NCBI GenBank assembly: GCA_044507735.1
Contig: JBIQJB010000019.1
Span: forward strand, 1 to 43,857
DNA from: Nitrosopumilales archaeon
GTDB taxonomy: Archaea > Thermoproteota > Nitrososphaeria > Nitrososphaerales > Nitrososphaeraceae
Direction of reading: 5' to 3'
Length of the DNA: 43,857 bases
The notes under the pieces are model-generated. The model did not search any database and was not told the DNA's origin. It saw only the letters and a list, made by a program, of their open reading frames with translations. A program made the position numbers and the translations under genes. Positions within the stretch are counted from its first letter, which is position 1. Each line of letters opens with the position of its first letter. Positions 40,855-43,857 of the stretch are shown here, in pieces.

Positions 40855-41254
40855 TAGCTAGAGCACCACTGATTGCCGCAGATATATAATAATCCTCTAG
40901 AGTATTTTCTTGCTAGCATTAGTATCACAATTCGCGCAGATTATGATGATTCATTCTGGAAATTGTTGTAAGAGCACCCCTTCCATATAGAAGGAAAAAG
41001 CCGTTTTTGTGCATTGGCGTGTACACGCTGTTGTCCTGCAACAACAATAGTAGGGCTTGCGGCCGCGCCCAAAAAGGCCGTCGAGGATGCTGACGTCTGA
41101 CGAACATCATGGCGAACTCTACAAAATTATGCACTCAACAAGAAAAATATCGTAAGCACAATCCCGCCTAGTCAAGCATGATTGCAAGCGATATGTCTCA
41201 TGTCCCCAAACTCAAAGATACTGATGCAAGCGAGGCGGTTCAGAAATAGCTCTT

Positions 41255-41587
41255 TTACATAGTCACCGGCATGGTGCCGACGTAGTTGTAGGCAAGAGCG
41301 AGCTGCACAATTGGCGCTGAAGCGATTGTTATCAGCATCTTGGAATCGCCAAGTATTCGCTTTATTCTCTCAATGAGCAAAGGTGTCACATCTTTGCTGA
41401 AAAGTTCGTCAAGGCGCCTTGCAATGTCTCTCAACGCATAGTAATGCTTGTCGTCAAGCACAATTCCCTGCGCTTCAATGTCCTGAATCAAGAGTTCCTT
41501 CATGCTGGTACCGAGAGAATCAAACTGGCGCAGGGCATCCCCGAGAACATCGCCTCGAATTGGTTTGTCATCATATTCTTCAGACAA
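41255..41587 (-). CDS. Small helical protein, divergent NitrOD5-like, with hydrophobic tail
   Basis: LRQFDSLGTSMKELLI...LDELFSKDVTPLLIERI has similar helical spacing; TCTTATAT upstream. Confidence 0.6.
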   Translation of the reverse strand: MSEEYDDKPIRGDVLGDALRQFDSLGTSMKELLIQDIEAQGIVLDDKHYYALRDIARRLDELFSKDVTPLLIERIKRILGDSKMLITIASAPIVQLALAYNYVGTMPVTM

Positions 41588-41973
41588 TTTCTAAATCGCC
41601 AGCAATTGCTGCTATTAGGCAGCAATTACCAATATAAGACATATTCGGTCGTTGACGCTAAAGTCGTGGAAAAGTGAGATAATTTTGCCATTGTGAAAAC
41701 GCCTCGAGGTTTTCTGTATCCCGTGGCTATTGCTTGTGCAGCATAGTTGAACAAGAAATGCTCTGGGTGTCACTCACATCGGACAGGGACGAGAGAAACG
41801 CCATCTTTTTGTCGGCTTGCACTTCATGCCATACCTTGGCTGCGCTGCTGTCTCAAAGACCGGGGCTGCCAGATTGCATCTCCGGACGGCCACGATAATC
41901 GAGTCTCAGCTGTCGATCAGAGGGACAGTCTTTAGAATGAAAAATCTCGCAAGCAGGCTGAAAAAACTGCGAC

Positions 41974-43857
41974 CTAGCTTGCTTCGATGGTCATGACAGT
42001 AACTTCCGACAGTGGGCTCGCTGTAAGGCTGATTCCGTCCCAGACAAATATCGTGACCTTGTAAGTGCCTGGTGCCTGTGGAGTCCACGAGTTGGAAACG
42101 TCTGTGGTGCTGCCGGCGCCAAGCGTTCCTATCTGCCACATCAGGTCAGTCACAATGCCATCCTCGTCTGTTACCTGGATTATGAACGCATAGGTCTGAG
42201 ACTTTTGCTGCTGGTTGCCGAACGAGCCTGAGATTGTTATCTGCTGGCCTGACTGGACCTGCGAGATTTTCACTCCGGCTGAGTTAAAGAACCCAGAGCT
42301 GGTTACCATGATCCTCTCCAGCGGGTGGTCTTCAAAGTAGCCGTCAGGCTTTGTCGCGATTGGCGGCCATGTCAGTACTGTAGAGCGTCCGCCTCCGCCT
42401 CCGCCTCCGCCGCCTCCACCAACACTACCTCCTCCGCCGCTGCTACCTCCTCCAGATCCGCCATTCGATGGTGGCGGGGTCGGTGTGGTCGCTGGGGCAA
42501 AGAAGGAGAAGTTGTCGGTGGTACCGTAGACAATGTTTGCAAGAACATTGACCTCTTCGCCTCCATTGACATCCATGTTGTCGTTCTCGAGAGCTTCCCA
42601 TTCAGTGGCTCCATGCGGGAGGTGGAGCACGCGCATGTTCAGCTCTTCCTCTTCGTCGAGGCCGGTGTCGTCATAGTTAAGTGATATCGTGACTAGTGTA
42701 CCCTCTGGCAGTCCAAGGCCGTCGATGTTTATGTTGACTATAGGGCCTGCTGGATGGTAGTTGGTGTCAGAGCCGCCTACAGAGAACGTGGGCTTGTCGC
42801 CATCCATCTCGATTCCATAATCCTCAAGATCGCCCAGGCTTTCCAGGAACTCGACAAACTGGTCGGCATCGTGCACGGTCACGGTGACCTGGCCGTCGCC
42901 TGTAGTAGCGGTGTCAAAGTTCAAGTCGACGACCAGCTCTTTGCCACCCACTGTGACTCCGGTGCTGATGGTTGCGTTGACAGAGTTCTCGGGTACTACG
43001 TCAACTACCACCTGCGACGATGGGTCGCCGACTACTTCTACTGACACCAGATCCGCAGAAGTGGAGTTCTGGCCTAGGTCGTCTGCAACTATCAGGCTGA
43101 ACGTGTAGACTCCAAGGGCTGAGGGTATGAAGATTGGTGTGGCCGTATCGCTGCCTGCGAGCGTCACTGTGTCAGGGCCGCTCTGAAGTTCCCAGAAGTA
43201 TTCCGAGATCTCGCCATCCACGTCGAAGCTACTGCTGCCGTTCAAGGTGACTGTCGAGCCAATGATCACTGTCTGGTTTTCGCCTGCATTGGCCACCGGT
43301 GGGTCGTTGACAGGAGTTACAGTTATCGAGATTGTGGCCGGTGCGCTGCCGATCGTCCCATCATTTGCCACGAAGGTAAAGCTGTCACTGCCGGTAAAGT
43401 TGCCGTTTGGAGTGTAGGTCAGGGTGGTGGTTGTGGTGGTGTTTCCGCTTGCAGGGGACAGCATGCCGTTCGTTGGTCCAGATTCAATCAGGAATGTCAG
43501 CGAGTCACCATCGACGTCTGTGCCGTTCAGAGTGATTGGCAGTGGGGTGTCTTCGTCGGTGCTCAGGGTCTGGTTGAAGGCTACTGGCGCGTCATTCACT
43601 GAATTTACGGTTATGGATATGGTGGCTGCGGTGCTGTTGACGGTTCCGTCGTATACTACAAATGTAAAGCTGTCACTGCCGAAGAAGTTCGGGTTGGGTG
43701 TGTAGGTCCGGGTGGCGTTCGTGCCAGTCAGGTTACCGTTCGCGGGCTGAGAGGTCACAATGAATGTCAGGGAGTCACCATCGACGTCTGTGCCGTTCAG
43801 AGTGATTAGCAGCGGGGTGTCTTCGTCGGTGCTCAGGGTCTGGTTGAAGGCTACTGG
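41974..43857 (-). CDS. Large cell-surface protein with tandem Ig-like/cadherin-like repeats, PKD-like domain, Gly linker and thaumarchaeal C-terminal domain (5' end outside window)
   Basis: Repeats VNDAPVA...TDEDTPL.ITL.GTDVDGDSLTF...YTPN.NF.GSDSFTF; PVANAG..Q...LNGS.S.D.DG; frame is open to the window edge. Confidence 0.88.
   Translation of the reverse strand, partial: PVAFNQTLSTDEDTPLLITLNGTDVDGDSLTFIVTSQPANGNLTGTNATRTYTPNPNFFGSDSFTFVVYDGTVNSTAATISITVNSVNDAPVAFNQTLSTDEDTPLPITLNGTDVDGDSLTFLIESGPTNGMLSPASGNTTTTTTLTYTPNGNFTGSDSFTFVANDGTIGSAPATISITVTPVNDPPVANAGENQTVIIGSTVTLNGSSSFDVDGEISEYFWELQSGPDTVTLAGSDTATPIFIPSALGVYTFSLIVADDLGQNSTSADLVSVEVVGDPSSQVVVDVVPENSVNATISTGVTVGGKELVVDLNFDTATTGDGQVTVTVHDADQFVEFLESLGDLEDYGIEMDGDKPTFSVGGSDTNYHPAGPIVNINIDGLGLPEGTLVTISLNYDDTGLDEEEELNMRVLHLPHGATEWEALENDNMDVNGGEEVNVLANIVYGTTDNFSFFAPATTPTPPPSNGGSGGGSSGGGGSVGGGGGGGGGGGRSTVLTWPPIATKPDGYFEDHPLERIMVTSSGFFNSAGVKISQVQSGQQITISGSFGNQQQKSQTYAFIIQVTDEDGIVTDLMWQIGTLGAGSTTDVSNSWTPQAPGTYKVTIFVWDGISLTASPLSEVTVMTIEAS
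43492..43857. repeat. Near-identical intragenic direct repeat, period 270 nt
   Basis: 43492-43587 matches 43762-43857 with only 3 substitutions seen. Confidence 0.85.

Overview
Chromosomal window from an ammonia-oxidising archaeon, most likely Nitrososphaera or a close relative (archaeal-type amoC, thaumarchaeal nirK, MEDS/NitrOD-type signalling proteins, TATA-type promoters). It begins with housekeeping genes (guaA, an MptE-like pterin kinase, Cdc48). An accessory stretch follows: an orphan histidine kinase, five MEDS and/or NitrOD5-like proteins, a CBS-TrkH fusion, a divergent nirK / multicopper oxidase pair near a solitary amoC paralogue, transporters, a Glu/Leu/Phe/Val dehydrogenase, a type IV toxin-antitoxin locus whose toxin carries two frameshifts, and the 3' part of a large Ig-repeat surface protein. 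Several real-looking microproteins, mostly zinc fingers plus a 16-aa Lys-rich peptide, are missing from the ORF track. The most striking unexplained signal is two families of repeated non-coding elements. Family 1 (about 20640-20862 and 37310-37530, minus strand) has three interleaved helices with compensatory changes around an invariant 20-nt core. Family 2 (about 20955-21124 and 25564-25725, plus strand) is a multi-hairpin element. One copy of each sits back to back, and the two family-2 copies bracket the regulator-nirK-MCO block. All family assignments are from motif recognition by eye; no database searches were run.
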